Part shown: piece by piece, positions 18,669 through 27,561 of the stretch
Numbering within the stretch: position 1 is the stretch's first letter
Layout: every line of letters begins with the position of its first letter
Position numbers and translations under genes: made by a program
The notes under the pieces: model-generated
Database searches by the model: none
Told to the model about the DNA's origin: nothing
What the model saw: only the letters and a program-made list of their open reading frames with translations
NCBI GenBank assembly: GCA_030689665.1
Contig: JAUYFS010000002.1
Location: 1 to 40,756, forward strand
Origin: a bacterium
Lineage (GTDB): Bacteria; Patescibacteriota; Minisyncoccia; Minisyncoccales; JAUYFS01
Length of the DNA: 40,756 bases
Direction of reading: 5' to 3'

Positions 18669-19814
18669 TTAAAAAATCTTCAGTAAAAAAGCAATGCCCA
18701 AAACCAAAAGCAAAAAACCTGAAATTAATCTCATTAAAGTATTTGTTTTTTCTTTCCATTGTTCAATTTTCTCAATTTTTGAGAAACCAAAAACAATTAA
18801 TCCAATAATAAAAAGAAGCGGCAAAATAAAGAATAAATTATATAAAATCAGGTAAAAATAGGGCGAAACCCCCTTTTCCGAAAGAATCGCCACAAAACCC
18901 AAGGGCAAAGCAAATGTGCAGGGCAATTCAACCAAAGAAGAAAAAAGCGCTAAAAAAATAACTGCCGGATAACTTGAAAGCGAAATTAATTTTTTAATGA
19001 CGAGATGGGCAAAATCAGGAATGGCAAAAGAAACTTTTTCTCCCGGTTTTTTGAAGAAAAAATCCCTAACCATCAAAGCGCCGAATAAAAACAAAACAAT
19101 GCCTAAAAATATTTTAATCGGAGCCACGAACGGCAAAAAATTATCTTGGAACAAACTTAATCCAAAATAAATTCCAAGCATTAAAATAAAATAAATCAGG
19201 AAAACGGAAAAACTGAATAAAAGTCCTGATTTTAGGGCTTTTCGCGGATAAGAAAAAGACAAAAGATAAGCCAAAAGTATCAATAAAACAGAAAACATGC
19301 AAGGATTTATGCCATCAGCAAGACCCACAATTACAGCCAAATTAACCAAAGAACCTTTGGGATTTATCTGGAATTCTTTACCTAAAAAAGTAACAGAATC
19401 AAGAGATGGCTTTGGCGATAAAGAATCGCCACCTTGCCCGGAAATCAAAGAATTTATGTAGTTTTCTATTTCTTTGCCGGTAGTATTGTTCCCTCTATAT
19501 CCAATAATATGGACGGAATCAATAAAAACAGCCGGCACAAAACCTCTGTCTTGCAAAGGAACATTGCTCGCCTCAAGGGTTTTTAAAAAATAGTCAGCGT
19601 TTTCTTTTTTGGAAATTTCAAATTCTTTTAATTCTATCTGAGAGTATTTTTGAGCTAAATTTTCCAGAAACGGCTTTTCCATTTTGCAGAATGAACACCT
19701 TTCGCTGTAGAAAAATTTTATTTCTATTTTATTTTCCACTGCTCCAACAAAACCGCTGGAAATAAAAAAAACTAGCAAAACCGCAAAAATCAATTTTAAA
19801 AATCTCCCTTTCAT
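18669..19814 (-). CDS. Glutaredoxin/thioredoxin-like domain fused to a DsbD/CcdA-like transmembrane domain
   Basis: Signal/TM segment, CSFC motif, then multiple TM helices with DGINPC and ELPC. Confidence 0.8.
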   Translation of the reverse strand: MKGRFLKLIFAVLLVFFISSGFVGAVENKIEIKFFYSERCSFCKMEKPFLENLAQKYSQIELKEFEISKKENADYFLKTLEASNVPLQDRGFVPAVFIDSVHIIGYRGNNTTGKEIENYINSLISGQGGDSLSPKPSLDSVTFLGKEFQINPKGSLVNLAVIVGLADGINPCMFSVLLILLAYLLSFSYPRKALKSGLLFSFSVFLIYFILMLGIYFGLSLFQDNFLPFVAPIKIFLGIVLFLFGALMVRDFFFKKPGEKVSFAIPDFAHLVIKKLISLSSYPAVIFLALFSSLVELPCTFALPLGFVAILSEKGVSPYFYLILYNLFFILPLLFIIGLIVFGFSKIEKIEQWKEKTNTLMRLISGFLLLVLGIAFLLKIF

Positions 19815-19836
19815 TTGTTTATTTTAGCACAAAAAA

Positions 19837-20322
19837 TCAGTTGATTGACAAAAGTTCCACCTCAAAAATTAGAGTTGCTTTTGGCGGAATATTGGCTTGA
19901 GGAATTCCCGTGTCCCCATAAGCCAAGTCAGAAGGAATAATTAATTTTCTTTTTTCTCCAATTTTCATTCCAACAACTCCCAAATCCCAGCCCTTTATAA
20001 CCTGTCCAATACCAAGCTTGAAAGAAAATGGCTGATTCCTGTCTAAGCTGGAATCAAATTTTGTTCCGTTTTCCAAGGTGCCAACATAATGAACCTGAAC
20101 CATATCGCCGTTTTGAGCAGAATTGCCCTGCCCTTCTTTTAGAGTTTCTATTTTAAATCCATTGGTTTCTTGAATCATATTATTTGAAGTGTTAATTATT
20201 TCACTTTCTTTGATGTCTTTATTGGAAAAATCTTTTATTAAAAAAAACCCGACAATAGCAACAGTTGGCAAAATAACAATTATTAAAATTATTTTTTCAA
20301 TTCCTAAATCTTCAAGGTCCAT
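19837..20322 (-). CDS. FKBP-type peptidyl-prolyl isomerase, membrane-anchored
   Basis: [42 protein letters not shown]. Confidence 0.95.
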   Translation of the reverse strand: MDLEDLGIEKIILIIVILPTVAIVGFFLIKDFSNKDIKESEIINTSNNMIQETNGFKIETLKEGQGNSAQNGDMVQVHYVGTLENGTKFDSSLDRNQPFSFKLGIGQVIKGWDLGVVGMKIGEKRKLIIPSDLAYGDTGIPQANIPPKATLIFEVELLSIN

Positions 20323-20367
20323 ATCTTAAAATTTAATTTTATTTAAATTTAACATTTTTTGAAGCAT

Positions 20368-20394
20368 AAAAAAAGAACGGGTGGCTAGTCCGTC
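20368..20394 (-). terminator. Putative intrinsic terminator after the orphan gene
   Basis: Minus strand GACGG-ACTAGCCAC-CCGTT followed by CTTTTTT, directly at the stop codon. Confidence 0.45.
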
Positions 20395-21322
20395 ATTGCG
20401 CAGGAAAAAGAATGTTTTTAATTTCTTTCCCACTTGGTTCTTGAAACAAAGAAACAAAATGTGAAAAATATGGAGCCTTTGTCTTGCTAGGTTCAATACT
20501 CAAGACCTCCATTAAATTTTTTACAGTCGGATTCTTGAGTAAAACTTCAACAAAACATAAATCTTGGATTTCTGGTTCATCCTCCATTATTTTAATAAAA
20601 ATTTCTATTTCCGGATTGGCTTCAGAAATCTCATATTTACACCTAGACCCAAAAGAAGGAAAATGTTTTTTGAATTTTAAAATGGTTTTTATTAAATCAA
20701 TCTCTCTATCACCTTTTCGAACTCTCATAACCATATCAAAAAATTCTATGTCCAAGTCGTGAAAATCATACAGCCCTTCCATTATTTTCAGTAACAATTC
20801 ATCTGTTCTGTCTGGAGATAATATTTCCATGTCTCGACCATGCCTGTTCAGAACTAAATCAAAGTTTGCTTCAAAAGTGTCAAAAAATATTTCCTTGGCT
20901 TTTTTATAAAAAGCAGGATAATTAAGATTCTTGAGTTCTTTTAGTTCTTTTATAATCTTTTTGGGCTCTCGCTCTTCCGGGTCAAAAATTTTGCCCAAAA
21001 TTAGTCCCCATACTCGCCTTGCTTCTTCTTTGTGGCATGGAATGTGTGCAAATAACCCGTGCTTTTTCAGAGGCGCAAGAGTTAACTGCTGGTCAAGTTT
21101 CCCCTCTACAAAAAGCTCAAGAGCTTCAATCCTTTTAAAGGGACAATTTTTGATTATTTCACACAGTTCCCTTATTTTGAAACCGCGTTTTGTCCCGCCA
21201 TTACAAACAAGCATTTCTTCGCCATTTGCATTAAACATTGCAAATGCTTCATCGGCAAATTCTGGCTTTTTCATCAGTTCAATCAGCTCATCATTCATCA
21301 TTTCAGTACTAATCTTAGTCAT
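20393..21322 (-). CDS. Hypothetical protein (start re-called at MTKISTE)
   Basis: Long ORF; AAGGAGG lies 9 nt upstream of the ATG at 21322; no recognisable motif. Confidence 0.7.
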   Translation of the reverse strand: MTKISTEMMNDELIELMKKPEFADEAFAMFNANGEEMLVCNGGTKRGFKIRELCEIIKNCPFKRIEALELFVEGKLDQQLTLAPLKKHGLFAHIPCHKEEARRVWGLILGKIFDPEEREPKKIIKELKELKNLNYPAFYKKAKEIFFDTFEANFDLVLNRHGRDMEILSPDRTDELLLKIMEGLYDFHDLDIEFFDMVMRVRKGDREIDLIKTILKFKKHFPSFGSRCKYEISEANPEIEIFIKIMEDEPEIQDLCFVEVLLKNPTVKNLMEVLSIEPSKTKAPYFSHFVSLFQEPSGKEIKNILFPAQ

Positions 21323-21359
21323 TGTCAACATCCTCCTTGTAATTGATTTTGTATGTTTT

Positions 21360-21388
21360 ATAATAAATAAAATAATTGAGAAAGTCAA
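21360..21388 (-). promoter_or_regulatory. sigma70 promoter TTGACT-17-TATTAT
   Basis: Near-consensus hexamers upstream of the SD and ATG at 21322. Confidence 0.6.
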
Positions 21389-21392
21389 TAAA

Positions 21393-22019
21393 ATGGAATC
21401 GGAAAAAATCAAAAAAATCGTTAATTTTGTCTTTGAATTAGGGCATCTAAAAAAAGAAGGGCGCAGCGGGTTTAAATATGTAGGGGTTAAAAATCCAGAT
21501 ACTCTTGCGGAACATTCTTTAAGAGCTGCTCAAATCGGTTATATTTTGGCTGAAATGGAAAAAGAATTAAACCCAAAAGAAACGATAAATCCAGAAAGAG
21601 TTGCCACAATGCTGGTTGTCCATGATAATGGAGAAATTAGAATTGGCGATTTTAACAAATTAACCGGCAGTTATCTTAAAAACCATAAGGAAGCAGAACA
21701 AAAATCTTTTTCAGACCAAATTGAAAATCTCGGCGGAAAAATAAAAGAAAAATGGGCAAAGTATTTTGAAGAAATTGAGGGCAGGAAAACAAAAGAAGGA
21801 ATTATCGCCAAAGACGCGGATTTATTGGAAGTTGCCTTTCAGGCGAAAGAATATTTTGATTTGGGCTATAAAGACACTGAACTCTGGTTTATAAATGTTG
21901 GAAACGAGGTTCAAACCGAATCAGCAAAAAAACTTTTTGAAACTATGAAAGAAACAAAATTTTCTGAATGGTGGCAAGAATTTGATTTTTACAAAAAATA
22001 TCTAGACAAAATTAAATAA
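21393..22019 (+). CDS. HD-domain phosphohydrolase (YfbR/HDDC2-like)
   Basis: LKKEGRSG, TLAEHSLR, VVHDNGE, KDADLLE; true start MESEK at 21393. Confidence 0.88.
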   Translation: MESEKIKKIVNFVFELGHLKKEGRSGFKYVGVKNPDTLAEHSLRAAQIGYILAEMEKELNPKETINPERVATMLVVHDNGEIRIGDFNKLTGSYLKNHKEAEQKSFSDQIENLGGKIKEKWAKYFEEIEGRKTKEGIIAKDADLLEVAFQAKEYFDLGYKDTELWFINVGNEVQTESAKKLFETMKETKFSEWWQEFDFYKKYLDKIK

Positions 22020-22057
22020 AATCAAAACAGTCCCGATAAATATCGGGGCGGATTTGG

Positions 22058-23824
22058 TTAAACCTCTTTTTCGTGAATTTGGGACTTGATATTTGGCGGA
22101 AATTGCAAAGAATAAAATTCAAAAAAAGCGCCTTTCTTTTCCAAAAGTTCTTCATGGGTTCCCTCTTCAATAATTCTGCCCTTTTTTAAAACCAAAATTT
22201 TATCCACCAAACGAATAGTGCTCAAACGATGGGCAATTATAAAAGTTGTTCTGTTTTTCATAAGTTTTTCCAGGGCTTTTTGGACGAGTTTTTCCGTTTT
22301 TGAATCCAAAGAAGAAGTCGCCTCGTCTAAAATCAAAATTTTGGGATTTCTGATAACTGCTCTGGCAATGGCTATCCTTTGCCTTTGACCTGCTGAAAGT
22401 TTAATTCCCCGCTCTCCAACCATTTGTTCATATTTATTGGGAAACCTTTCAATAAAATCATGGGCATTGGCGATTTTTGCCGCCTCAACAACTTCTTGAT
22501 CCGTGGCTTTTTGATTGCCAAATTTTATATTGTCTTTTATTGTTTCATTGAAAAGGATAATTTCCTGCGGCACATAAGCGATATTGTCCCTTAAAAATTT
22601 GAGATTTAATTTTCTGGCGTCAATTCCGTCAATTAAAATTTTGCCTCTTTGTGGCTTGAAGTAAAGAGAAATTAAATCAACCAAGGTGGTTTTCCCCTCG
22701 CCGCTGCCCCCAACCAAAGCTATTTTTTGGCCCGGCAAAACAGAAAGATTTATATTTTCCAAAGCCCAAGGTTTTTCTTTGTACTTAAAATATATGTTTT
22801 TAAACTGAATTTTCCCTTTTAGGTTTTTTATGATTTTTCCCTTTCCGTTATAATCCTCGGTCTGTTCTTCCATAAGATTCTCTACTCTTTTTATTGTTGC
22901 CATTCCATTTTTAAAATTCTGCCAAGACCAGCCTATCATCCGCAAAGGATTTGACGCCAAATTCAAGTAACCAAAGAACATTATGAATTTTCCCACTGAA
23001 ATTGATTGGCTCACTAAAAGAAAAACCGCGGCCACAAACAAAATAAAAAAGCCGGTGGAATAAAAAATCTGTTGTTGTAAAAGCAAAGAATTCCATAAAG
23101 ACGAGAATCTTTTAAAAATAGAGTCTAGCCTTACCTTATAATCTGCTTTAATCCTTTTTTCCTGGTAGTCCTCAGCGGCCGATGATTTAATGGTTTGCAC
23201 ATTGAAAATAGCGTCATAAAGATTGCCTCCAACATCTTCGAAGGCAGCGCTTAAATTTCTCTGGGCAACGATTATATGCTCTGTTTTGCTAATTGTGATT
23301 ATGGCATAGCCGACAAAAATTATTGAAACCCCAATAGCTAATCGCCATTCTATGAAAAAAAGAAATAAAATTCCCAAAACAGCTGTCAAAATTTGCGGAA
23401 GAGACCAAAACAAATTTTGGTCTACAAACCCGTGAAGACGGTCAGCCGCTCTTTCTATTTTAGTTATTATTTCGCCGATTTTTTTCTCTCTGTGAAAACT
23501 CAATGGCAAACGCATTAAATGAAAAGAAACCCTGCAAATTAAATCAGTATAAAGGTCTATCGCCAAAAAACTTCCCCTTCTGTTTACTAAATTGGAAAAC
23601 ACTGAGTTTGAAATATTTATCAAAAACCAAATTCCAAGCAAAGATAAAATTAGATTTGTCGCGGTAGGCTGTGTTTGCGCGACATCAATCAGTTTGCCGT
23701 AAATAAAAGGAATTAAGGCTAAAATAATTGAACTGAAAATAGCAAAAAACGAGACTTTGTAAAACTCTTTTTTATATTTTGAAATATAGCTCCAAAAAAT
23801 TTTAAATTCTTTGCTAAGTTTCAT
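22058..23824 (-). CDS. ABC transporter, fused permease/ATP-binding (MsbA/MdlB-like exporter)
   Basis: TM domain, GGSGEGKT, LSAGQRQR, ILDEATS, IAHRLST. Confidence 0.95.
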   Translation of the reverse strand: MKLSKEFKIFWSYISKYKKEFYKVSFFAIFSSIILALIPFIYGKLIDVAQTQPTATNLILSLLGIWFLINISNSVFSNLVNRRGSFLAIDLYTDLICRVSFHLMRLPLSFHREKKIGEIITKIERAADRLHGFVDQNLFWSLPQILTAVLGILFLFFIEWRLAIGVSIIFVGYAIITISKTEHIIVAQRNLSAAFEDVGGNLYDAIFNVQTIKSSAAEDYQEKRIKADYKVRLDSIFKRFSSLWNSLLLQQQIFYSTGFFILFVAAVFLLVSQSISVGKFIMFFGYLNLASNPLRMIGWSWQNFKNGMATIKRVENLMEEQTEDYNGKGKIIKNLKGKIQFKNIYFKYKEKPWALENINLSVLPGQKIALVGGSGEGKTTLVDLISLYFKPQRGKILIDGIDARKLNLKFLRDNIAYVPQEIILFNETIKDNIKFGNQKATDQEVVEAAKIANAHDFIERFPNKYEQMVGERGIKLSAGQRQRIAIARAVIRNPKILILDEATSSLDSKTEKLVQKALEKLMKNRTTFIIAHRLSTIRLVDKILVLKKGRIIEEGTHEELLEKKGAFFEFYSLQFPPNIKSQIHEKEV

Positions 23825-23917
23825 AAAATTTATTGTTTAAAAAATAATTTGGCAGAGGCCGGGCCTCCCCCAAACTTTTAATACCATTTCTACTTGAAAA
23901 AATCAAATTTAAATTCA

Positions 23918-23946
23918 GTAAAAGCGGGGTCTAACCCCGCTTTTAC
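23918..23946. terminator. Bidirectional terminator-like hairpin
   Basis: GTAAAAGCGGGGT-CTA-ACCCCGCTTTTAC, a perfect 13-bp inverted repeat. Confidence 0.6.
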
Positions 23947-23994
23947 CACTTTCATAATCCCACCCTTAAATTACTTATAATTTTGTCAGTCCTC

Positions 23995-24022
23995 TTGACA
24001 ACATACAACCGGTTGCTATAAT
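23995..24022 (+). promoter_or_regulatory. Consensus sigma70 promoter TTGACA-16-TATAAT with extended -10 TG
   Basis: TTGACA ACATACAACCGGTTGC TATAAT. Confidence 0.75.
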
Positions 24023-24028
24023 TAAAAT

Positions 24029-24087
24029 AGAATACACATTGAAAAACACCTCTTAGGGTTCCGTTCTTAAGCGGTGTTTTTCTTTTT
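24029..24087 (+). ncRNA. Candidate ~60-nt small RNA
   Basis: Follows the consensus promoter and ends in the hairpin GAAAAACACC...GGTGTTTTTC plus TTTTT; contains no ORF. Confidence 0.4.
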
Positions 24088-24307
24088 ATACTCTAGTTTA
24101 TTCCTAAGATTATTCATAAACACAATTTTTTCTTTAGCAACTTTTCTTAACAAAGATGAACAAGTGTCAACATAGGGGCTCATTACAATTTTTAATCTGT
24201 TTTTTTCATACAAAAATTTAACTAGAGAATAAAAATCGCCATCGCTCGTTATAATAACCGCTTTTGTTAAAAATAACCGCTTTTGCTAAAAAAACGCGAC
24301 CCGCCAC

Positions 24308-24643
24308 TTAATCTTTAATTTTGTCATGCTTCTTTTCATTTTGTTTCTCCTTGTGCTTCTTCAAAAGCGCCTGAAGTTCATCTTTTACCGTATTAATTGC
24401 TTTGTAAATATTCTCTTCTCGCGCTTCGGATCGAATAATTTCCCTTGGAACTTTAATGTTTGCTTCCGCATAATAAATTTTTCCTTTTTGGTGATGGCGG
24501 TTTTCAATCGCCACTTCAACAAAAGCCTCCACCGGAGTACCAATGTGAAGGATGAATTTATCTAGAGTACCAATTTTTTCCTCAATTGCCTTTTTTATTT
24601 CCGGAGTCAAATTTAAATTTGTCGCTTTGATAGTGATTTTCAT
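24308..24643 (-). CDS. hpf: Ribosome hibernation factor HPF/RaiA (short form)
   Basis: MKITIKATNLNLTPEIKKAIEEKI...AEANIKVP...IYKAINTVKDEL. Confidence 0.88.
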   Translation of the reverse strand: MKITIKATNLNLTPEIKKAIEEKIGTLDKFILHIGTPVEAFVEVAIENRHHQKGKIYYAEANIKVPREIIRSEAREENIYKAINTVKDELQALLKKHKEKQNEKKHDKIKD

Positions 24644-24722
24644 TTTTTAAATTTTTTATTAATTTTTTCTTCAACTTCGCCTCGCCCGTGGTCGGGCTAC
24701 GGCCAAGGGGCCTAATTTTTGA

Positions 24723-25175
24723 TTATTTTTTATATTTCTCAAATTTTTCTATTACCTTGCCTATGTCTCTTTTAATACCCTGCCAATCCCATCCTTTTTT
24801 ATTATCTTTTTCAATTTTTATTCTCCAACGGCTCAGATGAGCCAATTGTTTATCCGCTTTATTTTTTGCCTCCTTAAGTAATTCGGTTATAGGTGGTCTT
24901 TCATTTTTCCAATTTATAGTATCTGGTAAAAAATCTTGTGCCACTAAATCATTCAGGTATTTTTCATCTTTATCATTATAAAAAAATTCTATTAATATTC
25001 TATTATGAGTCGCTAGTGATTCTAATAATAAATTCTTTTCAAATCGTGTTTTTTGACACAAGTCGAGTTGTTTACAAGTTTCTTGGAACATACTAATTTC
25101 GTATCTTAAAAGTTCTTCCAACTCTTTTTGGTTTGCATCTATTAATTCGTTATGATTCCAGTAATTATCTTCCAT
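24723..25175 (-). CDS. Hypothetical protein, possibly HEPN/AbiU2-like
   Basis: 150-aa helical ORF with ESLATHNRILIEFF and ADKQLAHLS; the family assignment is tentative. Confidence 0.55.
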   Translation of the reverse strand: MEDNYWNHNELIDANQKELEELLRYEISMFQETCKQLDLCQKTRFEKNLLLESLATHNRILIEFFYNDKDEKYLNDLVAQDFLPDTINWKNERPPITELLKEAKNKADKQLAHLSRWRIKIEKDNKKGWDWQGIKRDIGKVIEKFEKYKK

Positions 25176-25266
25176 AATTTTAATTCCGAAAGAATCAAGG
25201 TTTCCGCCCGGAGCGGAGTTCTTATTTTTTACCCCGTACCGTGTTTTGCTCTGGTGCGGGGCTCAA

Positions 25267-26307
25267 TTAATTCCTTTGCCCGGTAGTAGAGCCGCCGAAG
25301 GCGGCTCTACTACCGGGGTTCGACTTTTTCTTTGGTTGAGATTCTAATATCTTTTCCATGGGACAAAATCCCTTTAAACTTTTGTGGGAAAAATAATTCC
25401 AGGTATCGTTAGCAATTTCAAGTATCCGATTTAATTCTTCAATGCCTTGTCCTCTATCAAAAATTGAAACAACCCTCATTAAATCGTCACTATCCTTTTC
25501 ATGGTAAATAATATCTTTTATGTGTTCTATCGTGAAAGGACTATTGATTTCTTTCAACATTTTTGAAAGTTCTTTTGCTATTTCATTTCATTTTTTCAAG
25601 ATTTCTTTTATTCTTAATGAAGTATTTTTGTTTTTAGCATCAATAATTTTTCTTTCATCTTCATCGCTTATAATCGATGCCAAGAGTCCATTTAAGCGCG
25701 CTTCTTCTTTTATCTCTTCTGCTTCATCTCGCATCAGAGGTTTTTTAAAAGAATAATTCTCCAAAATAGAAATTCTAAACGCTTGCTGTGTTTTAGGATT
25801 TAACTTTTCTTTCTTCATCTTTTGCAACTCGCTGGCAGAGTATTTTAAATATTCTTTTTTCGTTCCTTTCGCTACCTTAAGGTTGTATAAAACAAAAGTA
25901 TCCTTTGGCGCTAAAGCCCTGCCGCGCTCCAGCCATTCCATTCCTTCCTTAAAATCAAAATAATGAAAATAGCTCATGGCTAAATCTATATATGCCAAGG
26001 GATTCATTAAGTCTAAACTTATCGCCTCTCTTAAGTCATTTCTCCCTTCCCCTAATTGGCCTAACATCACTTTAACCCAGCCTAAACTTCTTAAATTTTC
26101 TGCGTGACGAGGCAACAACTGATTAGCTTTCTCAAGCGCCTTTTTTGCTAAAAAAAATCTTCCGCATTTCATTCTGGCAATACCTAAAAGATAGTGTAAA
26201 TAAGGATCTTCAAGCGCTTCCTTTAAAACATCTTTTATGATACTAACCGCTAAGGATGATTTTCCTTTCTGTATCAAATCATTTGCCTTTTTAATTTTTT
26301 CGTCCAT
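25267..26307 (-). pseudogene. TPR protein interrupted by a single in-frame TGA (25588-25590)
   Basis: The ORFs 25588-26307 (TPR repeats) and 25267-25560 are in the same frame and joined by 9 open codons: ...KEILKK*NEIAKELSKMLKE... Confidence 0.7.
25279..25317. repeat. Perfect 18-bp palindrome inside an ORF 3' end
   Basis: CCCGGTAGTAGAGCCGCC-GAA-GGCGGCTCTACTACCGGG. Confidence 0.9.
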
Positions 26308-26359
26308 ATTTTTTTAATTATGACATGCGTTTCAGTTACCTGGCTTAGTATGTGTTGGC

Positions 26360-26506
26360 TGCGGGACTAGGCCACCTTCGCCAAGGCTACGGCGAGCCAA
26401 GGGATTCGAAGGTGTTGCCCTTGTCCGCCTCCATTTTTACAAATTTCGGCGGGATAAAGCGTATTTTGCTTCGCAAAATACGGGGGCTAGGTTCTCGCCA
26501 CAGTCC
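26360..26506. repeat. ~147-bp direct repeat, copy 1 (tRNA-Gln-3'-like end plus hairpins)
   Basis: Nearly identical to 27367-27514; the minus-strand end reads CCTAGTCCCGCAGCCA. Confidence 0.92.
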
Positions 26507-26620
26507 GCTAATAATTGAAATCGCAATACCCCTCGCGGGTATTAAGATTTCAATGTTGAAAATCTTAAACAATATTAGAACAGCAATCCAGCAACAAAAT
26601 GAACATATATTGAGCGCTAA

Positions 26621-27175
26621 TTAAAAGATTAACCTTTCAAAGAAAGATTGCCTCGCCCTTCTTGGAATATCTGCTAATCTTAAAAGAGAATTAGATATGA
26701 ATCCCCTAAAATACACGATCTCTATTTTTTTACCAAATATGTTCTTGGTTGGATCTAGGGCGCTAACATAGTCTCTATCATTAGAAACAAGAATTGCGGT
26801 ATCAAAGGTATTCTGGGCAGCTAAAGAAATCATATTTGCTGTAAGTTGTGTATCTAGGTTTTTTTCCTTAAGTTCTCTCCCAGCTCCTTGTAAATTACCA
26901 AATTTTACCTCAACTCCAGATAATTTTTGTATCTCGGCGTAGTATTGTGTTTGAATTGAGTATTTCTTTTTACTATCTGCGGTTTTTAACATCTGGGATG
27001 GCGGCGGAGTACAGTAGAAAAAAACAGCCACTAAGTTTCTATCACCAGTTAATTTTTGAGCAAGTTTTAATGGATTATAAAGACAAATCCATTTTTTATC
27101 GATCTTTTTCAGTTCACTTAAATATTTATAAACATTGGAATTATCTATAAATACTGCAACTCGTGTTGAATTCAT
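26621..27175 (-). CDS. NYN-domain (PIN-like) ribonuclease; start probably MNSTRV
   Basis: VFIDNSN, EKNLD and LVSNDRDY match the acidic NYN/LabA motifs. Confidence 0.85.
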   Translation of the reverse strand: MNSTRVAVFIDNSNVYKYLSELKKIDKKWICLYNPLKLAQKLTGDRNLVAVFFYCTPPPSQMLKTADSKKKYSIQTQYYAEIQKLSGVEVKFGNLQGAGRELKEKNLDTQLTANMISLAAQNTFDTAILVSNDRDYVSALDPTKNIFGKKIEIVYFRGFISNSLLRLADIPRRARQSFFERLIF

Positions 27176-27199
27176 ATTTTCATTATACTTGTATAAGCA

Positions 27200-27270
27200 T
27201 AAAAAACAAATGGCGGCTGTCGCCGCCATTCGTTAGCTTGTCATAACCGAAGCTATAACAAGGATTTAAT
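27200..27270 (-). ncRNA. Candidate two-hairpin small RNA with terminator upstream of the NYN gene
   Basis: CTTGTTATAGC-TTCG-GTTATGACAAG, then CGAATGGCGGC-GACA-GCCGCCATTTG plus TTTTTT. Confidence 0.55.
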
Positions 27271-27276
27271 ATATTT

Positions 27277-27305
27277 ATATTATTCCCATCGAGAAAGGTT
27301 GTCAA
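27277..27305 (-). promoter_or_regulatory. Putative promoter TTGACA-17-TAATAT
   Basis: Perfect -35 with a 17-nt spacer, immediately upstream of the two-hairpin RNA. Confidence 0.55.
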
Positions 27306-27366
27306 GAGCATTGTCAACTCTTGTCGGTTATTTCGTTTATTCTTTGTCAAATCCTGTCAACTTTGT

Positions 27367-27514
27367 TGCGGGACTAGGCCACCTTCGCCAAGGCTACGGC
27401 GAGCCAAGGGATTCGAAGGTGTTACTCTTTGTCCGCCTCCATTTTTACAAATTTCGGCGGGATAAAGCGTATTTTGCTTCGCAAAATACGGGGGCTAGGT
27501 TCTCGCCACAGTCC
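27367..27514. repeat. ~148-bp direct repeat, copy 2
   Basis: Differs from copy 1 only in GTTGCCCTTG versus GTTACTCTTTG. Confidence 0.92.
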
Positions 27515-27561
27515 AGCAAGGACCAAATTTTAATATCGCAAGATATTAAAATTTGTTCTTG

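Noticed and set aside
20931..21392. 154-aa N-terminal extension of the HD-domain ORF
   Set aside because: It is antisense to the 20393 gene; HD-family similarity begins at the ATG at 21393.
25588..25590. UGA recoding (genetic code 25 or 4)
   Set aside because: TGA terminates ftsK, FKBP, ppaC and rnhA at expected positions, RF2 is intact, and the long genes have no internal TGA.
27176..27229. N-terminal extension MAATAAICF of the NYN ORF
   Set aside because: It is read through the terminator hairpin; the NYN motif starts right after the ATG at 27175.
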